DNA of 64,000 nucleotides from an uncultured Paenibacillaceae bacterium (lineage in GTDB: Bacteria; Bacillota; Bacilli; Paenibacillales; K13): assembly GCA_913056365.1 (NCBI GenBank), contig CAJXLT010000006.1:152186-216185 (forward strand), read 5' to 3'. The position numbers and the translations under genes are program-made. Shown here one piece after another: positions 1-9,300 of this stretch; the first letter of the stretch is position 1, and every line of letters starts with the position of its first letter. The notes under the pieces were generated by a model. That model did no database searches, was not told the origin of the DNA, and saw only the letters and a program-made list of their open reading frames with translations.

Positions 1-495
1 ATTAAGAAGGTCTCTATTCCTAAGTACTTGTTTCCTATGGCTCGGGTTTTGTCTGCACTCATAAATTTAGGGTTCGCTTGCCTAGCATTGCTTATCGTTA
101 TGATTATAATCGGAGTTCCATTCAGAGCTACTTTATTCATAGTGCCAGTTCCAATCGTTTATCTAGTTCTGTTTACAACAGGCATATCGTTAGCACTAGC
201 TGCGCTTACTGTGTTCTTCCGTGATATCAATCATTTGTATAGCGTCCTTGTCATGTTATGGATGTATATGACTCCATTATTTTATCCCGTATCGATTATA
301 CCAGATGGTTTCTCTTGGATATACAAATTGAATCCTATGTATTACTATATTGAATATTTTCGGAGCCTTGTACTTGAAGGAGTGATTCCGGGAGTGACAC
401 ACAATGTTATTTGTCTATTATCGGGTGTCCTTTCACTTCTAGTAGGTATGCTCATCTTCAGACGCTTACAAGATCGTTTTATTCTCCACATGTGA
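1..495 (+). CDS. ABC-2 type exporter permease (TagG-like), C-terminal part; 5' end is outside the window
   Basis: Frame 1 is open from base 1 (IKKVSIPKYLFP precedes the first Met). The sequence is a multi-pass hydrophobic protein. A cognate ABC ATPase gene follows directly. Confidence 0.8.
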   Translation: MKKVSIPKYLFPMARVLSALINLGFACLALLIVMIIIGVPFRATLFIVPVPIVYLVLFTTGISLALAALTVFFRDINHLYSVLVMLWMYMTPLFYPVSIIPDGFSWIYKLNPMYYYIEYFRSLVLEGVIPGVTHNVICLLSGVLSLLVGMLIFRRLQDRFILHM

Positions 496-520
496 GACAG
501 GTAGTATTGGAGGAATGACA

Positions 521-1261
521 ATGACCGATAGGATAGTGGAAATCGATGATGTATCTATGTTGTTCAACCTTAGTCGTGAAAAGGTGGACAACCTTAAAGA
601 ATATGTCATACGGATAATGAATGGGAAACACACCACCGAGCAGTTCTGGGCTCTGCGTCATGTATCCTTGCAGATTCATAAAGGAGAATCGTTGGGGCTT
701 GTCGGATTAAATGGCAGCGGGAAGAGTACACTTCTTAAAATGATAGCGGGTGTGCTGAAGCCAACCAAAGGTCGTATTGAGGTACGAGGAAGTGTTGCTC
801 CACTGATCGAACTTGGGGCAGGATTTGACTTGGAGTTGACCGCCAGAGAAAATGTATTTTTAAATGGGGCTATATTAGGGTACAGTAGGACGGAAATGAG
901 AGAAAGCTTTGACGAGATTATCGCTTTCTCTGAGCTATATGATTTTGTTGATGTACCAGTTAAAAACTTTTCATCCGGCATGGTCGCAAGGCTTGGATTT
1001 TCGATCGCAACGATCAGCCGTCCTGATATATTGATCGCGGATGAAATTCTCGGTGTAGGTGATATGCGGTTTCAGAAAAAATGCGAGTCAAGAATAAAAG
1101 AAATCGTAGATGCAGGTGCCACGGTCATACTGGTCTCCCACTCTATTGACTCGATAAAGAAACTTTGTTCCACCGCCGCATGGCTGCATAAGGGCGAGAT
1201 GATGCAACATGGACGAGCAGATACTGTGTGCCAAGCATATGTGCAGCGCATGGGATCTTAG
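521..1261 (+). CDS. ABC transporter ATP-binding protein (TagH-like glycopolymer export ATPase)
   Basis: Walker A is GLNGSGKST, the ABC signature is FSSGMVARLGFS, and Walker B is ILIADEILGVGD. GGAGG at 509-513 lies 7 nt before the ATG at 521; the ORF-track ATG at 515 is too close to the SD. Confidence 0.9.
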   Translation: MTDRIVEIDDVSMLFNLSREKVDNLKEYVIRIMNGKHTTEQFWALRHVSLQIHKGESLGLVGLNGSGKSTLLKMIAGVLKPTKGRIEVRGSVAPLIELGAGFDLELTARENVFLNGAILGYSRTEMRESFDEIIAFSELYDFVDVPVKNFSSGMVARLGFSIATISRPDILIADEILGVGDMRFQKKCESRIKEIVDAGATVILVSHSIDSIKKLCSTAAWLHKGEMMQHGRADTVCQAYVQRMGS

Positions 1262-1290
1262 ATGTAATCGACTTAGTTGGAGGGGACCAG

Positions 1291-2328
1291 ATGCTACGGG
1301 AAGAGCAAGTATCCAGAGAAGTTGACTATATCATGCAATCAGACAAAATCAAGGTGGTCTCTGTTGGTACAACTGCCAGATTGTTAGCTGACTTTCTAGT
1401 TCTGCCAAGAAGGGAATACATGCAGTTTGCTTGCATTAATTTCCTCGTTTCTAATCAAGTTGACGCGGCATATTGTCTGGATCAAGCTGATGGTATAGCA
1501 GACTATATTCTAGTGGATGTGGAAGCCAAGCAAGATGTTAAGCTTATGGATATAGCTGTGAAACATGTTAGCAAGTCAACGTTAGTTTCCTTCAAACCGA
1601 ATGATGCAAGTGTGGAAGCTGCCGACCTGCTTATTAGACAGCACTTTCATGAAGATTTGACAGGCAGAAGGATACTCATTTTAGGCGCAGGAAATATATC
1701 TTCTAAGTTAGCATTGCGATTTTGTGAACGTAACGCTCATGTGGAGTTGCATGCACGAAACTATTCGAAGGTAAAGATGATTACCGACGGCTTGAATGCC
1801 ATCCTACCCAAGTATTCGGGTCACCGTATTGAACCTATAGAGCGTGTAGGAAGAGAGCGTGGATATTACGATGGCATCGTGTCTTTCATCGCAGCCGATC
1901 AAATTGCGGATAAGCAAATTGCTGAGATGCTTCACGCTGGAGGAATCGCAGTTGACGGAGGGATTAACAATTTCACGCCGGAATTCATAGAAGAATGCCA
2001 GTCGCAGGGGATTACTTGCAATAGACTTGATGTGCGGTTGGGATTCATCTACTCCTTACTGTCGCTAGGTCATGATGTTCATAACTTTTATACGAATGTA
2101 AGAGGAGAACGTTATGTCGATCATAACCGGCTCATTGCAGGAGGAATTATCGGTCGTCGAGGTGATGTTATTGTGGATCGCATGGTTCACCCCAGTCAGA
2201 TTATCGGCATTGCGAATGGTGTGGGAGGCGTGTTGAGCCCATGCGAGTATACCAACGAGGAGCATGGCATGTTAGATGAATTAGAAGAGAAATTATTCGG
2301 TGAGCAGAAGCACATTCACTATAAGTGA
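1291..2328 (+). CDS. NAD(P)-binding Rossmann-fold protein of unknown function
   Basis: Contains the dinucleotide-binding motif ILILGAGNISSKLA. GGAGGGG at 1279-1285 precedes the ATG at 1291, so the ORF-track start at 1228 (overlapping the upstream gene) is unlikely. Confidence 0.7.
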   Translation: MLREEQVSREVDYIMQSDKIKVVSVGTTARLLADFLVLPRREYMQFACINFLVSNQVDAAYCLDQADGIADYILVDVEAKQDVKLMDIAVKHVSKSTLVSFKPNDASVEAADLLIRQHFHEDLTGRRILILGAGNISSKLALRFCERNAHVELHARNYSKVKMITDGLNAILPKYSGHRIEPIERVGRERGYYDGIVSFIAADQIADKQIAEMLHAGGIAVDGGINNFTPEFIEECQSQGITCNRLDVRLGFIYSLLSLGHDVHNFYTNVRGERYVDHNRLIAGGIIGRRGDVIVDRMVHPSQIIGIANGVGGVLSPCEYTNEEHGMLDELEEKLFGEQKHIHYK

Positions 2329-2378
2329 AGTTTTAGAGTTGGTCCTTAATATTGACAGCATAAGTGCGGGAGGCGTAT

Positions 2379-3161
2379 ATGATGGTTAACTTGTCAAACC
2401 AGGAAAAAGAGGAAATCGTGAAAAGGCTAGTAGTAGAACCGATTCCTCTGTATAACGAGAAGTTTCCCATGATCTTTTTTTGGAGTCCGAAAGGTGGTTG
2501 TACATCACTTATTAAGTGGTTCTATTACCAAATCGGATTATTAGAAGAGGCAATGGACTACAACTCTTGGATACACTACTATAGAATGGAAGTGCACCAG
2601 AATCAGGAGAACTACGTGGCTGAATTAACAAGTCAACTTATTCATAACAGGAAGGCAACATATAAATTAGTTCGAGAGCCTTTCAAGAGGGCTGTTAGTT
2701 CCTTCCTTGCGACTGTAGCCAATGTAGCCATTATGAATCAAATTGCTCCCAATCACGATCAAGGTTTGTCATTTAGACAATTCTTATATCTGATTAAGGA
2801 TATTGGCGTTAACCGGGATAATATCAATCTACACCTTGCTCAGCAATATACAGATGGAGAAGAGTATGTCATCCAACATTATATAAAATTAGAGAGATTT
2901 GAAACGGAGATCAAGAAACTTGAAAGGCAATATCAATTATTAGAATCACCAGTATCCAGTATTATAAAATCCCCCCATCATATGTCGGATCGAATGGTTG
3001 AGAGGGGTTCTTATGTAGACACAAAAATAACTTTACAATCATTCGAATCACTACCTACTTTTGAAAGTTTTTATGATAGGGAAACGGTTGATTTAGTTAT
3101 AAAGTTGTTCGATACAGATTTCCAAAAATTTGGATACGATATGAATTTCATCAATGTCTAA
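2379..3161 (+). CDS. sulfotransferase-family protein (Sulfotransfer_2-like)
   Basis: WSPKGGCTSL matches the PKxGxT(S) PAPS 5'-phosphosulfate-binding loop near the N-terminus. GGGAGG at 2368-2373 precedes ATG 2379/2382. Confidence 0.6.
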   Translation: MMVNLSNQEKEEIVKRLVVEPIPLYNEKFPMIFFWSPKGGCTSLIKWFYYQIGLLEEAMDYNSWIHYYRMEVHQNQENYVAELTSQLIHNRKATYKLVREPFKRAVSSFLATVANVAIMNQIAPNHDQGLSFRQFLYLIKDIGVNRDNINLHLAQQYTDGEEYVIQHYIKLERFETEIKKLERQYQLLESPVSSIIKSPHHMSDRMVERGSYVDTKITLQSFESLPTFESFYDRETVDLVIKLFDTDFQKFGYDMNFINV

Positions 3162-3238
3162 GGACCTGCTTTTACAGGTTCGTTTCAATGATGACAGCTT
3201 TCCGCAACATAATGGAAGCGGATACAACCCATTGAATA

Positions 3239-3247
3239 TGGTATAAT
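3239..3247 (+). promoter_or_regulatory. extended -10 promoter element TGGTATAAT
   Basis: Exact TGnTATAAT. It overlaps the ORF-track ATG (3246) of the kinase gene, which argues for a downstream start codon. Confidence 0.5.
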
Positions 3248-3293
3248 GGTTCGACATATGACATTCTGTCTGTCTACTCAGAGGGTGGGTTCA

Positions 3294-5258
3294 TTGAAAC
3301 GGACAAAAATTATTTTCATCGTGGGATTTCTTGTTACGATGAGCGCGCTTATTTTGTACTATGTTCATGCTTTGGAGACAACGCCATCGATTCATAACGG
3401 AGCAATCGACCTGTCGAATACGGAATTTAGCGAGGATGGTGTGATTGCGCTTGACGGGGAGTGGGAATTTTATTGGAATCAATTCCTGAGTCCGAGTGAC
3501 TTGGACGGTGAGCAGTATGCGTTCCAATACATGAATGTGCCAGGCAACTGGCTGCGTGACGAAGCAGGCAATACGTATGCGCCGAAGGGGTATGCCACTT
3601 ATCGCGTTACGATCAGCCATATTCCAGATGCGACATACTTTGGGTTGAAGAAGGCGAATATTCGAAACGCGAGCAACATCTATGTGAACGGCAACTTGGT
3701 GCTGGAAGACGGCCAAATCGCGAAGCATCTTGAAGAAAGTGTAGCAGGTAATCATTCCAAAGTTGTGTATTTCGAACTAGAGGAATCGACAGCGGAGATC
3801 ATCGTTCAAGCCTCTAACCATGCGTATATCGTCGGTGGTATTGCGAAGTCGATCACTTTCGGAACACAAGAAGCGCTAACACAGCAGCACTATCTGAAGG
3901 TGTTGTTCGAATTTGCTATGATTCTCGTTGTTGTGGTGATCGGACTGTTCTACTTGTTCATCTATTTCGCCAATAGCAATTATCGCAAGCGAGAGCCAGT
4001 TACGCTCCCGCTTGCGCTGAGCTGTCTATTCTTCGGTGTGATGAATAGTATTTATAGTGAACGGATTATTGCGATTATCCTCCCTGATCTAACCTTAAAC
4101 TCGACATTTCGCTTCGGGCATTTCATGAGTGCGCTTTCTATCATCTTGGTGTGGATTGTAGTGAATAAGGTGAATCGCGTTTTTTTGCCGTATGTATTGC
4201 GAAATATATTGATTGGCTTTTACGGGATTTTTATCGTATGTGTGCTGACATTTCCGCTAGAAATCTATTTGAATATGCTAACCTTTTATATGAGCGCAAC
4301 CGTAGTCTTGTTCCTTGCAGTATGGATCCGAATTGCGGTGCTGTTCATCAAGGCGCATCCTCATGCAAGCAATGTGGAGCATAGCACGCTGGTCGTTACT
4401 ATATTTAGTGTGTTTCTCTTTTGGTTGGATATGATTATGTACAGTTTAGGTGCGAAGACAGATATGCTCATCTCGTTTCTTACGATTTCCGTTTATAGCA
4501 TTGCGTTTGCGATTTTACTTATTGTGCGATATACGAATTCTTATAAGAACAATGAGAAGCTCACGATTCAATTAATTGAAACATTCTCAACGTTAGATCA
4601 GACAACGAGAGAAGCGCAACGCAATGAGTTAGCCTTCTTACAGGCACAGATTAAACCCCACTTCTTATTCAATGCATTGAGCAGTATTATTAGTCTATGT
4701 TATACGAATGGCGAGAGGGCAGGGAAGCTGCTCACAGATTTGTCTGGTTATTTGAAGCGCTCCTTTCAGATCGACATGAATACCGATTTTGTTACGATTG
4801 AGAATGAACTCAGATTGATTCAAGCCTTTGTCGATATTGAGAAAGCAAGATTCGGAGATCGTATTCATGTGAGCTACGATATCGATGACGATGTGTTGCC
4901 ATTGAGAATCATCCCCCTCGTCATTGAGCCGCTTGTGGAGAATGCGATTAGACATGGGGTACTGACTAAGAAAAGTGGCGGTGAAGTTAAGCTCACCATA
5001 AAGAAGCAGGATCAAAGTATATTTATTTGTGTGGAGGATAACGGAAATGGTGTGGAGGCCGGACTGCTTCGTTCGATCTTAAACCAAGAAGGGGAGAAGA
5101 TTCAAGCGAAGGGAAATGGCGTCAGCTTATCGAATATCCATGCAAGATTGCAAAATTATTATGATGTGGAGCTGCAGTTTGATACCAGTCAACAGGGTAC
5201 GAAAGTGTATGTTAAGGTACCAACGAATCATGACCAGGAGGAAGACACCGATGATTAA
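3294..5258 (+). CDS. sensor histidine kinase: 7TMR-DISM extracellular domain, 7 TM segments, LytS/YehU-type His_kinase and HATPase
   Basis: The N-terminal periplasmic domain carries DGEWEFYWNQFL and is followed by about 7 hydrophobic helices. The H-box is QIKPHFLFNALSSI and the ATPase N-box is EPLVENAIRHG. The proposed TTG start at 3294 sits 8 nt after GAGGGTGGG; an alternative ATG is at 3258. Confidence 0.85.
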   Translation: MKRTKIIFIVGFLVTMSALILYYVHALETTPSIHNGAIDLSNTEFSEDGVIALDGEWEFYWNQFLSPSDLDGEQYAFQYMNVPGNWLRDEAGNTYAPKGYATYRVTISHIPDATYFGLKKANIRNASNIYVNGNLVLEDGQIAKHLEESVAGNHSKVVYFELEESTAEIIVQASNHAYIVGGIAKSITFGTQEALTQQHYLKVLFEFAMILVVVVIGLFYLFIYFANSNYRKREPVTLPLALSCLFFGVMNSIYSERIIAIILPDLTLNSTFRFGHFMSALSIILVWIVVNKVNRVFLPYVLRNILIGFYGIFIVCVLTFPLEIYLNMLTFYMSATVVLFLAVWIRIAVLFIKAHPHASNVEHSTLVVTIFSVFLFWLDMIMYSLGAKTDMLISFLTISVYSIAFAILLIVRYTNSYKNNEKLTIQLIETFSTLDQTTREAQRNELAFLQAQIKPHFLFNALSSIISLCYTNGERAGKLLTDLSGYLKRSFQIDMNTDFVTIENELRLIQAFVDIEKARFGDRIHVSYDIDDDVLPLRIIPLVIEPLVENAIRHGVLTKKSGGEVKLTIKKQDQSIFICVEDNGNGVEAGLLRSILNQEGEKIQAKGNGVSLSNIHARLQNYYDVELQFDTSQQGTKVYVKVPTNHDQEEDTDD

Positions 5259-6234
5259 GGCCGTGCTGGTCGATGACGAGATACTCGTATTGAATCTATT
5301 GAAGAGGATCATAACTGAAATTAAGGATATACAAATTATAGGCGCCTATACAGACCCAGAGCAAGCTTTACTAGAAATCCCTACCCTAGCACCGGATGTA
5401 GTGTTCTTGGATGTGGATATGCCGGCATTGAACGGGATTGAACTAGGTACCAAATTAATAGAGTCAGATACTACAGGGGATATGTCAATTGTCTTTGTGA
5501 CGGCGTATGAGCAGTACGCCATTCATGCATTTAAGCTGAATGCGGTTCATTACATATTGAAGCCGGCCGATCCCGATTCTGTCATAGAAGTTGTGAATAG
5601 GCTGAATCAGAAGCGAGAGCAAGTGCCAGCGAAGGTAAGCGAGAGCGGGAAGATTAACTGCTTCGGCCCTATGCATATGCGCGTGAATGGGCACAAGATA
5701 GACTTCTTAACGGCGAAGGTTGAGGAATTATTAGCATTATTGATCATGCATAGAGACAAAGGGATTAGCAAGTGGCGTATTATTGACGTGCTATGGGAAG
5801 AAGCTTCTATAGAGAAATCACAACAAAATCTGTACACGATGATGTTCAGGTTGAAAAAAACGTTGCGACATGCAGGCATTCTGGTCGATGTGAAGAGTAA
5901 GAATGGTATATATCGAATCGTTCTTGATGATGTGCACTGTGATTTAGTAGAGTTCGACAACTTTGTGGAGAAGAAGCCGCAGGTTCAAGATCATAATTTA
6001 GCCGAATTCGAGAGAGTAATAGCGCTCTATCAAGGGGAGCTGTTCGAAGGGAAGGATTACGTATGGTGTATAAACGAGCGAGAGCGGTATTTCCAACAGT
6101 TCGCAACAATTGTAAACCGTGTTATCCATTATTACAGAGACAATAAATGCTTCGAACAGGCAGATACATTGTTGCATGCCGTTAGACAATACGTAAGTGA
6201 GGAAGAGTATGGGCAGCTCAGATATATAGGTTGA
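5251..6234 (+). CDS. response regulator: receiver domain fused to a SARP-type winged helix and a BTAD domain
   Basis: The N-terminus MIKAVLVDDE, then DVVFLDVDMP and ILKP, are receiver motifs. WRIIDVLWEE...LYTMMFRLKKTL is an OmpR/SARP-type wHTH, and ALYQGELFEG is BTAD-like. The ATG overlaps the kinase stop (ATGATTAA at 5251-5258). Confidence 0.85.
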   Translation: MIKAVLVDDEILVLNLLKRIITEIKDIQIIGAYTDPEQALLEIPTLAPDVVFLDVDMPALNGIELGTKLIESDTTGDMSIVFVTAYEQYAIHAFKLNAVHYILKPADPDSVIEVVNRLNQKREQVPAKVSESGKINCFGPMHMRVNGHKIDFLTAKVEELLALLIMHRDKGISKWRIIDVLWEEASIEKSQQNLYTMMFRLKKTLRHAGILVDVKSKNGIYRIVLDDVHCDLVEFDNFVEKKPQVQDHNLAEFERVIALYQGELFEGKDYVWCINERERYFQQFATIVNRVIHYYRDNKCFEQADTLLHAVRQYVSEEEYGQLRYIG

Positions 6235-6247
6235 ACATGTGATAAAG

Positions 6248-6286
6248 CAAGCTTCTTGCATTTCATAATGCAGAGCTTGTTTTTTG
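6248..6286 (+). terminator. rho-independent terminator after the response regulator gene
   Basis: Imperfect hairpin CAAGCTTCTTGCA...TGCAGAGCTTG followed by TTTTTT. Confidence 0.6.
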
Positions 6287-6296
6287 TTGTGAGGAT

Positions 6297-6337
6297 ATTT
6301 TCGAAGTAAGAAAAATGTAAGGAGGCTTTGATAGACT
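6297..6337 (+). promoter_or_regulatory. direct-repeat activator site GTAAG-N6-GTAAGG with a -10-like TAGACT (copy 1 of 3)
   Basis: GTAAGAAAAATGTAAGG lies at 6306-6322, and TAGACT follows exactly 9 nt later. The same module occurs at 11149 and 14841. Confidence 0.55.
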
Positions 6338-6370
6338 TTGAGAATACATCATAGAGAAGGAGAATAATAG

Positions 6371-9300
6371 ATGAAAAAATGGATGGTTATGATGCTGACA
6401 GTGTTTCTCGTATTGACCTATATGCCGCTAGCGCAAGCTGGGGTTGCGTGTGAAACAGGCATCCCGGATGGTGATTTTTGTTATATAGTAAATGATGATA
6501 ATTTAACAGTGACGATTACAGGCTATACAGGCACTGGAGGAGTGTTGGAAATTCCGGGTACTATTGACGGTAACACCGTGACAGTGATTGGGTATTCAGC
6601 CTTTATGTCAAATCAACTAACGAGTGTGACAATCCCAGACAGTGTGCAAACAATCGGAGTAAACGCATTCGCAAACAATCAACTGACAAGTGTAACTCTT
6701 CCGGATGGCGTGACGGAGTTGGGGAGTTTTGCCTTGGCTACGAATCAGTTGACGAGTGTGACGTTCCCGGACAGTGTGACCTCAATCGGAGCTCGCGCTT
6801 TATATCAAAATCCACTCAAGACTGTGGTGATCGATGGAAATGATGAGCAAGGTACCACCATAGGGGATTATGCCATTGGAAGTTTCTCCTTAACGAGTGT
6901 GACGCTCGGAGAAGGTGTGGTCTCCATAGGAACTCAGGCTTTCTATCCGCATCAGCTTACAAGTGTGACGATTCCAGGAAGCGTTAAATCGATAGGGGAA
7001 GGTGCTTTTACAGGGAATCCCGGCGGGGACTCACTCACAAGTGTAACGCTGGGGGAAGGGATCGAAACCATAGGGGATTCGGCCTTTATATTTAATCAGT
7101 TGGCAAGTGTGACGATTCCGGCTAGTGTGACTTCGATAGAAAGCTCGGCTTTTTTAGGGAATCGGATAACAAGCATGACCATTCCCGCCAGCGTCCAAAC
7201 CATAGGTGATCAAGCTTTTTCCAGTAACAAAATGGAACACATTCTGTTTGAAGGTTCTCCAATACTGGGCACTTCAGTTTTCGCACAAACCTGGGGACTC
7301 TATCCAGAATTTGTAGGCTGGTACACCGATCCGGAATTCGCTTCAACATGGGATGGAACAGCTGTGCCAACGGGTAAGGAGGCCTTTGCCCAGAGAAATC
7401 CCGATTCCCCGACAGAGGTGACAGCCGCTGCTGGAGATGGACAAGCGACCGTTTCCTTTACAGCGCCTTCCCATACTGGCAAAAACGCGGTAACAGCGTA
7501 TACTGTCAACGTATATGTGGATGGAGTTGAACAGCAACAAACGACAGGCGTTGCATCACCGATTACGATAACAGGTTTGATGAACGGTACCGCCTATACG
7601 TTTGCAGTCATCGCAACGAATGCGACTGGCGATAGTGTGGAATCCGATGCGACGGATGCGGTGACGCCACTGGCGATATTTGAAACGACGGAAAATGAGG
7701 ATGGGACTTTAACCATCACCAAATACAATGGAACGGAAACCGAGCTCGAAATTCCGGATATGATCGACGGTAAAACCGTGACTGCGATTGGGTTTTCAGC
7801 CTTTTCTTCAAAACAACTGACGAGCGTGACCATCCCGGAGAGCGTCGTAACCATCGGAAGTAGCGCTTTCTCTTTCAATCAATTGACGAGCGTAACATTT
7901 GAAGATGGCGTCGAAACCATAGGGCCGCATGCCTTTTCCCAAAATAGCTTGATAAGCGTGACCATTCCTGAAAGCGTGACCTCGGTAGGCACAGGTGCTT
8001 TTGCGGGTAATATGTCGCTTGAGAGTGTGAACATCTATGGCAATGATGATGATGAGCTGGGCACCAGCATAGGGACCAATGCTTTTGGAAATACCTCCTT
8101 AACGAGTGTGACGCTCGGTGAAGGTGTGACCTCTATCGGGGATGTTGCTTTCCAATACAATCAGCTCACAAGTTTGACCATTCCGGGAACGGTCACCTCC
8201 ATCGGAAGTAACGCCTTTAAAGAGAACTCGCTCAAGAGTTTGACAATCAAGGAGGGGGTAGAAAATATAGGCTCTTCGGCCTTTTCTTCCAATCAACTAA
8301 CTAGCGTGACGATTCCTAATAGTGTGAAGAGTGTGGGGGTATCTGCCTTTTCGAACAATCGATTGGAACGTATCACCTTTGAAGGGACGCCGACGTTGGC
8401 TGTGAATGCCTTTTTACATTATTATACCGGCTTTGAAGGCTGGTATACAGATGCTAGCGTAACGGAAGAATGGACTGATCAATTGTCCCTGCCCGTGAGT
8501 GGCGAATTATATGCAAGGACAACATGGCCGGCTTCGCCATCAAATGCAAGTGCGGAAGCCGGTGATGCCCAAGTGATTGTATCCTTCACCGCACCAACGT
8601 ATTCAGGTGAATCGGAGATCACAGGGTATACCGTGAAGGTGTATGTGGATGGAGTTGAACAATCCGGACTGAAAACAACAGGTGATCAGTCTCCGATTAC
8701 TGTAACGGGTTTAACGAACGGCACAGCCTATACTTTTAAGGTCATCGCATCGAATGCTGCAGGTGATAGTTTAGAATCCGCTGCATCGAATGCTGTAACA
8801 CCGGTCGAAGAATATAATGTGACGTATGATGGGAATGGCAATCACACAGGAAGTGTGCCCACGGATTCCAACTCGTACGAGCAAGGGTCTGAGGTTACTG
8901 TGCTGGACAATGCCGGAAATTTAGAAAAAACAGGTCAATCGTTTGCTGGCTGGAATACAGCATCAGACGGTAGTGGTACACTTTATGAAGCGGGAGATAC
9001 ATTCAACATCGGAAACGTGGGTGTTACGTTATATGCGGTTTGGAAGTCATCCCATGCCGAATTGAACGGCCTGAGCATCAGTGATGGCACATTAACACCT
9101 GGGTTCTCTTCCCAGAAAACAAGCTATACCGTCGACGTGGCCTATGAAGTAAGCAGTGTTACCGTCACAGCAGCCGTGTATGACAGCCATTCCACCTTAA
9201 AGGTGAATGGAACGAGTGTGACAAGCGGCAGTGCTTCATCGGCGTTGAGCCTGGACGAAGGAAATAATACGATTACAGTAGAAGTGACCGCTCAGAATGG

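Noticed and set aside
5116-5250. Upstream extension of the response regulator ORF, and similar track extensions at 1228, 36827, 38490, 42525, 50122, 31264, 33901 and 63333.
   Set aside because: In each case an internal ATG with a proper SD gives the canonical N-terminus of the family. The extension overlaps the preceding gene or a promoter.
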